Shown one piece after another: positions 16,822 to 24,508 of a stretch of 32,160 nt of DNA (within the stretch, counting starts at the first letter, position 1; every line of letters starts with the position of its first letter). The position numbers and the translations under genes were made by a program. The DNA is taken from the IMG/VR virus record IMGVR_UViG_3300020409_000051, positions 1 to 32,160 of that record, one strand, 5' to 3'. Source of the DNA: a virus. Lineage: Duplodnaviria > Caudoviricetes. The notes beneath the pieces are model-generated. The model was not told the DNA's origin and made no database searches. It worked only from the letters and a program-made list of their open reading frames with translations.

Positions 16822-17286
16822 TTAAAAGTTATGCAGAATTGCTTCTGGATCCGATACTGTAGCAATAATTTCATCATCGTTCAGTATTTTTATTTCTCCG
16901 CCCTCTATATCAATCCGTGAACCGGCATAACGTGCATACAGCACCCAGTCACCTTCTTGACACCAAGGACCTGAAGAAAATCGTTCACCTGTGTAAGCCA
17001 TTGGGCCTACTTTTAAAACGTAACCTAACACGGTAGCTGCTTGTTGTCGATCAAGCGCTTTGTCTACTAAATGAATACCACCGTCGGTTACCTTTTTTGT
17101 TTTGAATGGTAAGACCATCAAACGCCAGCCGGTTGGTGCTGGTAATTGGTCTATTACACTTTTGTCTAATTCTTCTGGACTAAGCGAAGCAGCTTCATTT
17201 TTCTTTTTGCCTTTGTACGCTTTTTCAAGAGCGCTTTTGCTTTCGGTTTCTTCAGCCCATTTCTTTTCTAGTGTGGTTTTAGTCAT
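16822..17286 (-). CDS. groES: GroES/Cpn10-like co-chaperonin
   Basis: PTGWRLMVLP..T.GGI.L..G.VLKVGP..GD.VLY.RYAG..I..ILNDDEIIA; ATG at 17286 with SD GGAG. Confidence 0.85.
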   Translation of the reverse strand: MTKTTLEKKWAEETESKSALEKAYKGKKKNEAASLSPEELDKSVIDQLPAPTGWRLMVLPFKTKKVTDGGIHLVDKALDRQQAATVLGYVLKVGPMAYTGERFSSGPWCQEGDWVLYARYAGSRIDIEGGEIKILNDDEIIATVSDPEAILHNF

Positions 17287-17476
17287 CAAACGTCTCCATG
17301 TTTTTTAATAAGTTTCGAATCTCTTCTTTAACAAAATTCAACGCTTGAACTTGACCGACTAAATTTTTGTAATGCTCATAGTCTTTTATTTCACCACCGA
17401 GCATTATGTCTTGTATTTGTTCCTCTCTTTTCGAGATAGCGCGCTGAACTAATTGCGCGAAATTAAGTTCGTCTAT
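17279..17476 (-). CDS. 65-aa helical protein between portal and GroES, probable ATA start
   Basis: Manual: (M)DELNFAQLVQRAISKREEQIQDIMLGGEIKDYEHYKNLVGQVQALNFVKEEIRNLLKNMETFDD*. AAGGAGG sits 5 nt before ATA. Confidence 0.7.
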   Translation of the reverse strand: MDELNFAQLVQRAISKREEQIQDIMLGGEIKDYEHYKNLVGQVQALNFVKEEIRNLLKNMETFDD

Positions 17477-17477
17477 C

Positions 17478-19856
17478 TTATCCTCCTTTATTTCTCTGCG
17501 CCTCTATTTTCATAGCGGCGATGTCTTCTTGTGATTTTAGCTTTTCTTCGTCTAAATCTAAACGTTTTTCTGCAATTTCTTTATCGTCGGCATTTTCTTG
17601 CGCTCTGATCTGTAGCTCTTGAGCTTTCAATTGCGTAATGGCATCACCTTCGCCAGTGTTTAAAATGTCATCTAAACGTGGCATTAGTTGTTGCATTAAT
17701 TCTAGTTGCGTTTGCGCCTTCATATTTTCTAGCATTGGGTTAGGCATCGGCGGTTGGCCTTGAGCTGCTGCTTGCTGGTTCATCATTTCTTGTTGTTGCA
17801 TTTGCATTGCTAGTTCAGGATTCTGTTGTAATTGCAGTTGTAGTTCTTGTTCAGCTTGTCCTTGGGCCAAGAGCGAGACGTGTTGTAACACATGACTGAC
17901 AATCATACTGACTGTGGCTGGATTAGCTTGAACATATTTATTCTCGACGAAGGCCAAATGGATTTCGATATGCGTTGCATGATCTTGTTCAGGAAATGCT
18001 GTCGCTGGCATACCCATGAGCATACCGGCATTTTCTAACGCTGGGTCTGTTGGCACTGGCGGTGGTGGGTCTGGTAAAAATAAGGTGTCCACATTTTCAG
18101 TACCAAGGGCCTCGTACATACGACGATAGGCTTCTTTGATGTTGTGTATTTCTGGATTGCTTTGTACCAATTGTAATTCTTGTTGTGCCAAAGATATTCT
18201 TTGTGACATTGAGAAAAAGTTTGGATCGCTAACTGGGATGATGTCGATACGTCCATCGAAGTCAGTTTGTTTAATACTTTGATCGCCACCAATAATTTGG
18301 TAGGGATATTCAGCTGGGAGAGTTTCAGCAAACAATCTAGCTAAAATTTTAAATTCTGTTTTTTGTGCGTAGTGTAATCTTTTGTGTACTGCTGACATAA
18401 CTCGCGTGCCTTGTTCAAGCAATGCCATAGTGGTACCAACTGGTAATTCTTGATTACCTTCGCCAACTTGTAGATTAGTAGTTGACGCAAATCTTTGCCC
18501 GGCATCTACGCAAGTTCCCATCAAAGCGAGTAAAGTCTGTGATGGTTCTTTATATGGTAGTGGTACTAGAGAATCTTTTAGCGCTCCGCCCGGAGCATCG
18601 ACGTCTCTAAACTCGCCGGGCTCTAGAGGAGTTTCATCGTCCCTGATTCTTAATCCTCTAGCTTTGAAACCGGCGGGCAAGTTGCTTAAAGTACCGGCAT
18701 CTATTAACTGTCTTAAAGCAGCAGTTGCCGTTCTGGATAGCCCACCGATCATGTGGATTAGGCCGAACCCATAGAAGCCTAATCCAGGTAAAAACTTGTA
18801 GTGTACGAAGTACTGTATTTTTTGTTTGAGTGGATCGTCTTCGCGATAATTACGACGAATGGATAAAATCTTAGAAGAAGTTTTATCTATTGTGATTATG
18901 TATGGTATGTGCATCCCGTCGGGATCTTCAAACCCAGGCAAGTCTAACGAAACATGAAACTCTAAAAGTTCGTACATCATGTCCGAAGTATTTTCGATAC
19001 CTTCTAGCTCATCTGTTTTATCTTCAACATCGGTCACACTCATTTCTGAAGGTTTGATTTCTATGTCTAAGTAAGCACCACTTAATTGTTGGGCACGAAC
19101 TTCGTTGTGTGTCATCTTGACAATGTGCGTAACACGCTCGCAAGTGTTTATATCACTAGCAGAATACGGCACTAATAAATCTTCAACTGGGACAAATAAA
19201 CTGCAAGCTCTTTGCTTCATAGTGTCGTAGTAAACTTTTTTAAACGCCGAACCTGCTAGGGGTAAATAAAATAAGAGTTGATCCATTTCTGGTGTGTACT
19301 CTTCCATTTCCGTAGTGATCTGATAATTCATAAACTCTTGCACACGGCTGGATTGCATTTCTACTTCTGGTGTTACTGCACCCATGATCTGAGTTTTGAC
19401 TGGACCTTTGGATGGTAATAGTTCTTTAAACGCTTGGGCTTGGAATTGAGTGACAGCTTCAGCCATCATTGGGTGCGTTACTCCTGAAGCACCAGGAAAA
19501 GGTCGGTCACGATCTTCGTATTTAAAACCAAGTAAATCTAAACCTCTAATGTAAGTATCTTCCCATTCCTCTCGACTACTTTGATCTTCTTCAAAGTCGC
19601 CCATTAGCTGAGAACTTAAGGCACCTAGTTCGCCTTCATCTACGAACTCAGCTAAGTTTGCATCGAATGGCGTTTCGGCCATCGTCTCTTCGTCGGGAAA
19701 ATAATTTACTTCTGCTGAACCATCCGCAGCAAACTCAACATCAACTTCGGTGTCGGTTGGGTTTGGCGTTTCTATTTCTACAGTTTCACCAGACTCAACA
19801 TCCAAATCAATTAGATCAGAGAGTCGTTCGATGTTTGTAGGTGTGTTGTTTGACAT
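17478..19856 (-). CDS. portal protein (P22 gp1-like, long coiled-coil C-terminus)
   Basis: 792 aa right after TerL; PFPGASGVTHP, LPLAGSAFKKVYYD, FLPGLGFYGFGLIH, DAGTLSNLPAG; Gln-rich tail. Confidence 0.9.
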   Translation of the reverse strand: MSNNTPTNIERLSDLIDLDVESGETVEIETPNPTDTEVDVEFAADGSAEVNYFPDEETMAETPFDANLAEFVDEGELGALSSQLMGDFEEDQSSREEWEDTYIRGLDLLGFKYEDRDRPFPGASGVTHPMMAEAVTQFQAQAFKELLPSKGPVKTQIMGAVTPEVEMQSSRVQEFMNYQITTEMEEYTPEMDQLLFYLPLAGSAFKKVYYDTMKQRACSLFVPVEDLLVPYSASDINTCERVTHIVKMTHNEVRAQQLSGAYLDIEIKPSEMSVTDVEDKTDELEGIENTSDMMYELLEFHVSLDLPGFEDPDGMHIPYIITIDKTSSKILSIRRNYREDDPLKQKIQYFVHYKFLPGLGFYGFGLIHMIGGLSRTATAALRQLIDAGTLSNLPAGFKARGLRIRDDETPLEPGEFRDVDAPGGALKDSLVPLPYKEPSQTLLALMGTCVDAGQRFASTTNLQVGEGNQELPVGTTMALLEQGTRVMSAVHKRLHYAQKTEFKILARLFAETLPAEYPYQIIGGDQSIKQTDFDGRIDIIPVSDPNFFSMSQRISLAQQELQLVQSNPEIHNIKEAYRRMYEALGTENVDTLFLPDPPPPVPTDPALENAGMLMGMPATAFPEQDHATHIEIHLAFVENKYVQANPATVSMIVSHVLQHVSLLAQGQAEQELQLQLQQNPELAMQMQQQEMMNQQAAAQGQPPMPNPMLENMKAQTQLELMQQLMPRLDDILNTGEGDAITQLKAQELQIRAQENADDKEIAEKRLDLDEEKLKSQEDIAAMKIEAQRNKGG

Positions 19857-19859
19857 ATA

Positions 19860-21350
19860 TTAATAAAAAACTTTTAATCTTCTAGGCTCATTATCATTCA
19901 TATCGTCATCAGATGCTAGTCCTATGAAACCGCCTTGACGATAACGCATTAAAGCTTGTGTCGTAGAGTCTACCAAATCATCGTGGTCACCAAAAGGAAA
20001 AGCTGCACATTCTTCAATTAGTTCTTCTGCCCAACGTGTATCTGGAGCGTAAACCATGCCTGCTTCTAACAGTGGTGAAACTGCATTAACTCGAGCTATC
20101 TTGTCTTGCCCACGTCCAGGCGTAAAATTTACTACGGGTATGCCCATTTGTCTGAGTTCATGTGTCAATGGCATACCAGAAGCTTTGGCTTCAACAATAA
20201 CAGTGTCGGGTTCCCAATATTCATATTCTTTTAGAGCTTGACGTTTTAGGTCTGGAAAGTCCCAACGTCCTTTTTTCACGTCTAAGAGCAATAAAGCTGG
20301 TCGATTGGTGTGTTGATCGGGCATAAATACGCACCAAGTGGTAATAGCAGAGTAATCTGCCGTTTCGTTCTTAGAAAATGCCGTATCATACGACTGAATA
20401 ACGTATTGCATTTCTGGAATGTCGTCTTGTTCCCAAGTTTGCCACCATTCACGCTTTAAAATTGCACCTTCTTCGGAAGTTGGGTTCTGTAACCACTGCG
20501 CGGACCACTTTGAAACTGGTAAAGACGCTTTAATTGACTCTAATTCTTCTATTTTCCAAAACTCTGGCCACAAGGGGTTGTTAGTATCAGGAAAAATAGC
20601 CGGAAACTCGACAACTTCCCACTGATCTGCCTTTTCTTCGGATTGTTTGGCTAATAATCGGCCGGTTAAGTCCTTGGTGCTCCATCTAGTCATCACTACA
20701 ACGATAGATCCGCCAGGTTGCAGCCTTTGTCTTGGTCCAGAACTGTAATATTCCCACGCATTGTCCAATGATCTAGGTGACATGGCGTCTTGTTCCGAGT
20801 GAATATCGTCTAACACTAGTAAATCGGCACCACGTCCAGTCACCGCACCACCAATACCAGCATAAAATGCCTCACCGCCCTTGTTAGTTTCCCATCTTCC
20901 AGCTGATTTGTTGTCGGCTTTGAGTGAAACGTCAGGAAAAACTTGTTTGTACTCTTCAGAATCAATTAGATCACGTACTTTACGACCGAATCTAAACGCT
21001 AGTTCAGCGGTGTGGGTAATCTGCATGAGCTTGAGCTTTGGATTTATACCCAACAACCAGCTAGGAAAGAACACCGAAGCAAATTCTGACTTGGTGTGAC
21101 GAGGTGGCATGTTGACAATAAGTCTTTTAATCTTGCCTTTCGCTACATCTTCTAGTTTTTTGGCAAATATTTTGTGATGTTCGCCTTGCACAAAGTCTGG
21201 CCACATGTGTTTTATGTAAGTAATGAAATCATCACTGCCTTCTTTCTGCAATAATTTAGAATCTAAAGCTTGCGTGTACGACAAGAGTTCTTTAGCAGCG
21301 TCTGGATAAAGTTCTGCTAACTTTTCTAAATCAAAATTTTTATCTGTCAT
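19860..21350 (-). CDS. terL: terminase large subunit
   Basis: Walker A NMPPRHTKSE, GRGAD, Walker B LLVLDD, MTRW, nuclease SYDTA..DYSA..VEAKASG..HDDLVDS. Confidence 0.95.
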   Translation of the reverse strand: MTDKNFDLEKLAELYPDAAKELLSYTQALDSKLLQKEGSDDFITYIKHMWPDFVQGEHHKIFAKKLEDVAKGKIKRLIVNMPPRHTKSEFASVFFPSWLLGINPKLKLMQITHTAELAFRFGRKVRDLIDSEEYKQVFPDVSLKADNKSAGRWETNKGGEAFYAGIGGAVTGRGADLLVLDDIHSEQDAMSPRSLDNAWEYYSSGPRQRLQPGGSIVVVMTRWSTKDLTGRLLAKQSEEKADQWEVVEFPAIFPDTNNPLWPEFWKIEELESIKASLPVSKWSAQWLQNPTSEEGAILKREWWQTWEQDDIPEMQYVIQSYDTAFSKNETADYSAITTWCVFMPDQHTNRPALLLLDVKKGRWDFPDLKRQALKEYEYWEPDTVIVEAKASGMPLTHELRQMGIPVVNFTPGRGQDKIARVNAVSPLLEAGMVYAPDTRWAEELIEECAAFPFGDHDDLVDSTTQALMRYRQGGFIGLASDDDMNDNEPRRLKVFY

Positions 21351-21351
21351 A

Positions 21352-21510
21352 CTAGTTTCCAGAATCGTACTCTTTCAAAGCTTTCCAATACTCTTTTAAT
21401 TTTATTCTAACTTTGTACCAAAAAATATTCATCCCTCTTGGATTTGAGTTTTCACCTATCATAGCAATAATACATAAAAATAATGTCGTATATAAAATAA
21501 ATTCGGCCAT
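21352..21510 (-). CDS. 52-aa membrane protein
   Basis: Manual: MAEFILYTTLFLCIIAMIGENSNPRGMNIFWYKVRIKLKEYWKALKEYDSGN*; stop 1 nt before the TerL ATG. Confidence 0.6.
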   Translation of the reverse strand: MAEFILYTTLFLCIIAMIGENSNPRGMNIFWYKVRIKLKEYWKALKEYDSGN

Positions 21511-21525
21511 AATGTTTTTTCATAT

Positions 21526-22008
21526 CTATTCCTTTTCTTTGTATTCGACTATATTTTTACACCACCAGTAGAGTAAATCTTCACTTAGACTGTGTTTTAG
21601 TATATTAACGCGACTACAAACTAATTGAATATTATTAGGAATATACCAGATATTTGGATCTATTCTATCTATTGAAACATTTAAATCTTTTTTACCTTGT
21701 CCGTCTTTGTGATATGTCATGACCAAACCAGTCAAGGCACAGCGTCCGGCTTGAGCTTGCCAGATAGCTACTAGGTCTTCTACTTCTATATCCCAAACTA
21801 CTTCAGGATGATCTTTGGTACGTGAGGATTTTAAATGACTGTATAAATTTTTTAGGTAGGCTTCTGGAGTTTTACTTTTCTTTCTATTTTGTACAACGCG
21901 GCGACAACTGGGACAGGTATTTCGATAGAAAACACCTTTTGAATTTTTTGCTTCAAAGCTAGTTAAGGGGAAGGTTTTACTACAGCCCAAGCACTTTCTC
22001 TCTTTCAT
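21526..22008 (-). CDS. HNH-like (beta-beta-alpha-Me) endonuclease with N-terminal zinc finger
   Basis: CxxC..CxxC, then GRCALTG..SIDRIDP..Y..NIQLVC..VN..K. Confidence 0.72.
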   Translation of the reverse strand: MKERKCLGCSKTFPLTSFEAKNSKGVFYRNTCPSCRRVVQNRKKSKTPEAYLKNLYSHLKSSRTKDHPEVVWDIEVEDLVAIWQAQAGRCALTGLVMTYHKDGQGKKDLNVSIDRIDPNIWYIPNNIQLVCSRVNILKHSLSEDLLYWWCKNIVEYKEKE

Positions 22009-22202
22009 GGCAAAATCATCTTACACTATCTGAGCTTACTAAACACTTTTCGGAAAAATTTTGAAATATTTTTTTCAGCCAAAAGTAAAGGTTTTATTAA
22101 TAAAAATAAGGGGGGTCGGGTCTTGAATTATCTGGAATCTTTTCTTATGTGTATTTTCTTTTCTATAGGTATTAGTAAGTCATTAAGCAATTGGGGGGGA
22201 TG

Positions 22203-22411
22203 GGGGCACAGATACAATCGACAAGCCACATCTGGACACTATTTCTATTTCTATCTCTATTTCTTTTACATTCATTGTCAAAACTATTGTGACAGAACAT
22301 CACGAAGTGCAGATAGCACATCGTTCTTTGTTCTACGTCACATAGTTTTGACATTCATTGTAAAAGAAATACAAATAGAATAGTGACCTGATGTGGCTTG
22401 TCGATTGCCCC
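22203..22411. repeat. ~200-nt imperfect inverted repeat (long hairpin)
   Basis: Perfect arms 22215-22232/22390-22407 (18 bp), 22237-22243/22379-22385, 22258-22270/22359-22371 (13 bp), 22276-22287/22342-22353 (12 bp), plus short inner stems closing on loop AGATA. Confidence 0.92.
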
Positions 22412-22438
22412 GCCCCCGCACGCGAGGTAATATTTTAC

Positions 22439-22467
22439 TTGCGTTTATATAAGATAGGTTATATAAT
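22439..22467 (+). promoter_or_regulatory. sigma70-type early promoter
   Basis: TTGCGT-17 nt-TATAAT upstream of RBS AGGAGG and ATG 22501. Confidence 0.75.
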
Positions 22468-22500
22468 TTCTATATCTTTATTAAAACCATAGGAGGACAC

Positions 22501-22689
22501 ATGAAGATAATTTTTAACTTAACTTTGGACAATGGCACTGTAATCGGTGGCGTTGAGAATGACCTTAGAGATTTGGTCATCAATGGTGTAACTGTTGTCA
22601 GTAATGGCAGAGCAGACACTATCCAACTAGAGGAGATTGCCGAACTTAGCAATCAGTTTCAACCAAGAAGATTGGAGGACTTGTCATGA
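22501..22689 (+). CDS. early hypothetical protein
   Basis: 62 aa; strong SD; first gene after the promoter. Confidence 0.75.
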   Translation: MKIIFNLTLDNGTVIGGVENDLRDLVINGVTVVSNGRADTIQLEEIAELSNQFQPRRLEDLS

Positions 22690-22850
22690 GGAAATGTTCA
22701 CTTTGTGGAAAGTCTTTTAAAGGTCGAGGGCATAATCCCAGACCTTTAAGAGAATTTACCGAGCGTTGCTGTGATGATTGCAACAATGATTATGTCATTC
22801 CTATTCGTATGGATTTGTTAGGTCGTGCCATCAGGGAGGAAACAGAATGA
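22686..22850 (+). CDS. 54-aa zinc-finger protein
   Basis: Manual: MRKCSLCGKSFKGRGHNPRPLREFTERCCDDCNNDYVIPIRMDLLGRAIREETE*; SD GGAGG, ATGA overlap. Confidence 0.8.
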   Translation: MRKCSLCGKSFKGRGHNPRPLREFTERCCDDCNNDYVIPIRMDLLGRAIREETE

Positions 22851-23008
22851 CTAGAAAAGATTATGTCGCTATCGCGAGAGTACTTAACAAGTACTCTCAC
22901 GATTTACCACAAGGTTTGATGTTTGACCTTAACGCTATGTTTAGACAAGACAACAAACACTTCAATGCCGAGCGTTTCAGCAACGCAGTTTATGGAGAGG
23001 ACAAATGA
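22847..23008 (+). CDS. 53-aa conserved small phage protein
   Basis: Manual: MTRKDYVAIARVLNKYSHDLPQGLMFDLNAMFRQDNKHFNAERFSNAVYGEDK*; SD GGAGG, ATGA overlap. Confidence 0.8.
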   Translation: MTRKDYVAIARVLNKYSHDLPQGLMFDLNAMFRQDNKHFNAERFSNAVYGEDK

Positions 23009-23166
23009 AAAAAGAAATAATTTCAATACCACCAAACAACGAGAAGCTTTGGAGATATTTAACAGAGGGATTATCAGGTAGAGCAACAGCAGAAACTTTG
23101 CCTTCTTATCCTAAAAATATTACAAATAAAGCTTATATATTATTTCTCAGTGAGAGTAAGAAATGA
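23005..23166 (+). CDS. 53-aa hypothetical protein
   Basis: Manual: MKKEIISIPPNNEKLWRYLTEGLSGRATAETLPSYPKNITNKAYILFLSESKK*; SD-like GGAGAGG, ATGA overlap; terminator follows. Confidence 0.65.
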   Translation: MKKEIISIPPNNEKLWRYLTEGLSGRATAETLPSYPKNITNKAYILFLSESKK

Positions 23167-23186
23167 TTTCGTGTGTCCCCACACTT

Positions 23187-23213
23187 AGGGCGTCTTCGGA
23201 CGCCCTTCTTTTT
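23187..23213 (+). terminator. intrinsic terminator (UUCG loop)
   Basis: AGGGCGTC-TTCG-GACGCCCT followed by TCTTTTT. Confidence 0.9.
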
Positions 23214-23232
23214 ATTTGTTTTTTATTTTTTT

Positions 23233-23363
23233 ACCTGGCTGGGAGATCCTGCAGCGGGGTCCAGCGGCCAGATACAAGCGACAAGTTATCAGATACAAGC
23301 GACAAGCTAGACGGCCGTCTAGCTTGTCGCTTGTCAAGGGTTTTTTCGCGCGAGATTGAACTT
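23233..23363. repeat. palindromic repeat element, copy with a perfect 40-bp palindrome
   Basis: CAGATACAAGCGACAAG duplicated at 23269-23285 and 23290-23306; perfect palindrome 23295-23334; tail AAGGGTTTTTTCGCGCGAGATTGAACTT shared with 23979-24006. Confidence 0.9.
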
Positions 23364-23401
23364 GACATGGGCTAATATTTATGGGACTATACTTATATAA
23401 T
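23362..23401 (+). promoter_or_regulatory. putative early promoter
   Basis: TTGACA (23362-67), 17 nt, GACTAT preceded by TGn; TATAAT also at 23396-23401. The functional -10 is ambiguous. Confidence 0.5.
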
Positions 23402-23424
23402 GTCAAAAACCATAGGAGGCAAAA

Positions 23425-23727
23425 ATGACAGATAAAAAAATTAAGGGAAAGACTTTCGAGTTTTGTGATGTAATAATTGGACAGAAAATTACTGTTGCAG
23501 TAATTAGTTCCGAAGATGATGAATGGGGGGATGAAGCAAGAAGAATGATTTGTGATTTTGTTCCCGAAGTCCAAGCTCTTGGATTACCATCAGGTAATTA
23601 TAAAAATGAAATCGAAGGCGACTTTGATGAAGAGATTGATAATTACAAACAATCACTCGCAGGAGGTTGTGGTTTTGAATATCTTTTAATCAAAGATAAA
23701 GATGGAAAGGTAAAAGACTTAGGATAA
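23425..23727 (+). CDS. acidic early hypothetical protein
   Basis: 100 aa; RBS CCATAGGAGG. Confidence 0.8.
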   Translation: MTDKKIKGKTFEFCDVIIGQKITVAVISSEDDEWGDEARRMICDFVPEVQALGLPSGNYKNEIEGDFDEEIDNYKQSLAGGCGFEYLLIKDKDGKVKDLG

Positions 23728-23830
23728 ATAACAAACAAAAACCATAGGAGGTATCGAGAATGTAATTGATAATAAAAAACTTTCAGCCCAATCACACTTG
23801 GGGACATAGGACCGACCACTCCTATGGGTT

Positions 23831-23864
23831 AAAGCCGGAGCTTCGCAAGAGGTTCCGGCTTTTT
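23831..23864 (+). terminator. intrinsic terminator (GCAA loop)
   Basis: AAAGCCGGAGCTTC-GCAA-GAGGTTCCGGC-TTTTT; G-U pairs work on the + strand. Confidence 0.85.
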
Positions 23865-23885
23865 CATTGGCCGACACAGGTGATA

Positions 23886-24006
23886 ACCTGGGAGATCCAG
23901 GTGACGGCCAGCTCTTACCGAACAGATACAAGCCACAAGCTGGGACACTTCGTTCTTACGCCCAGCTTGTGGCTTTTTAAGGGCTTTTTCGTGCGAGATT
24001 GAACTT
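23886..24006. repeat. second copy of the palindromic repeat element
   Basis: CTGGGAGATCC..CGGCCAG..CAGATACAAGCCACAAGCTGGG; 15-bp stem 23930-23944/23961-23975; tail AAGGGCTTTTTCGTGCGAGATTGAACTT. Confidence 0.88.
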
Positions 24007-24396
24007 CGCAAGGACGCTTGACAAATGCTGGTCAAAATTTAACCAACCAGCAGGGACGAGGAACGAAGGTTCAATGCCCTTAGTCAATAGTTGGTCAAGC
24101 TGAGACGAGTGATACAGATAGAGCTGAGATTTTTTCGAAGGTGCTTGGACGAGGGACTTAACCAAGATAAAACTAGGGCTATTTAATCTAGCTTTATGAA
24201 AAGCAATTTGATGAGGCGATACTTTTACTCTTTTACTTTTGGTTACTTTTAATTCAACAGTAAAAAACATTCCGTCTTGAGTTGTGCCGAGTAAATCGGG
24301 AACGCCTTGTGTGGCGTATGACTCAAGCCGTAACCATTGATATTGCTTGAGTTTTTTTCTTATCTCTTGCCAAAAGTTTTTTTCTAGTGAAGCCAT
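23977..24396 (-). CDS. VRR-NUC/Holliday-junction-resolvase-like PD-(D/E)xK nuclease
   Basis: LEKNFW..RLES..GVPDLLG..FTVELKV..SPHQIAFH. Confidence 0.85.
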   Translation of the reverse strand: MASLEKNFWQEIRKKLKQYQWLRLESYATQGVPDLLGTTQDGMFFTVELKVTKSKRVKVSPHQIAFHKARLNSPSFILVKSLVQAPSKKSQLYLYHSSQLDQLLTKGIEPSFLVPAGWLNFDQHLSSVLAKFNLARKSP

Positions 24397-24508
24397 TAAT
24401 TACAGCAGTTTAAGTTAGAAAAAAGAAAGAGTAAATAATGCTTTATTTTATGGGAGATTTCATATAAGATAGGACTACATTTTAATTAATAATATAGGAG
24501 TAAATAAA

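Noticed and set aside
22123-22383. ORFs on both strands across the long hairpin
   Set aside because: No SD, odd composition, and the sequence is better explained by the inverted repeat.
23269-23334. Possible CRISPR mini-array
   Set aside because: Only two 17-nt repeats 4 nt apart, no spacer-sized unique segments, and no cas genes.
23163-23375. 70-aa ORF with repeated SDK peptides, plus 23719..23931, 23766..24002 and 23829..24035
   Set aside because: They cross terminators and palindromic elements; the peptide repeats simply reflect DNA repeats.
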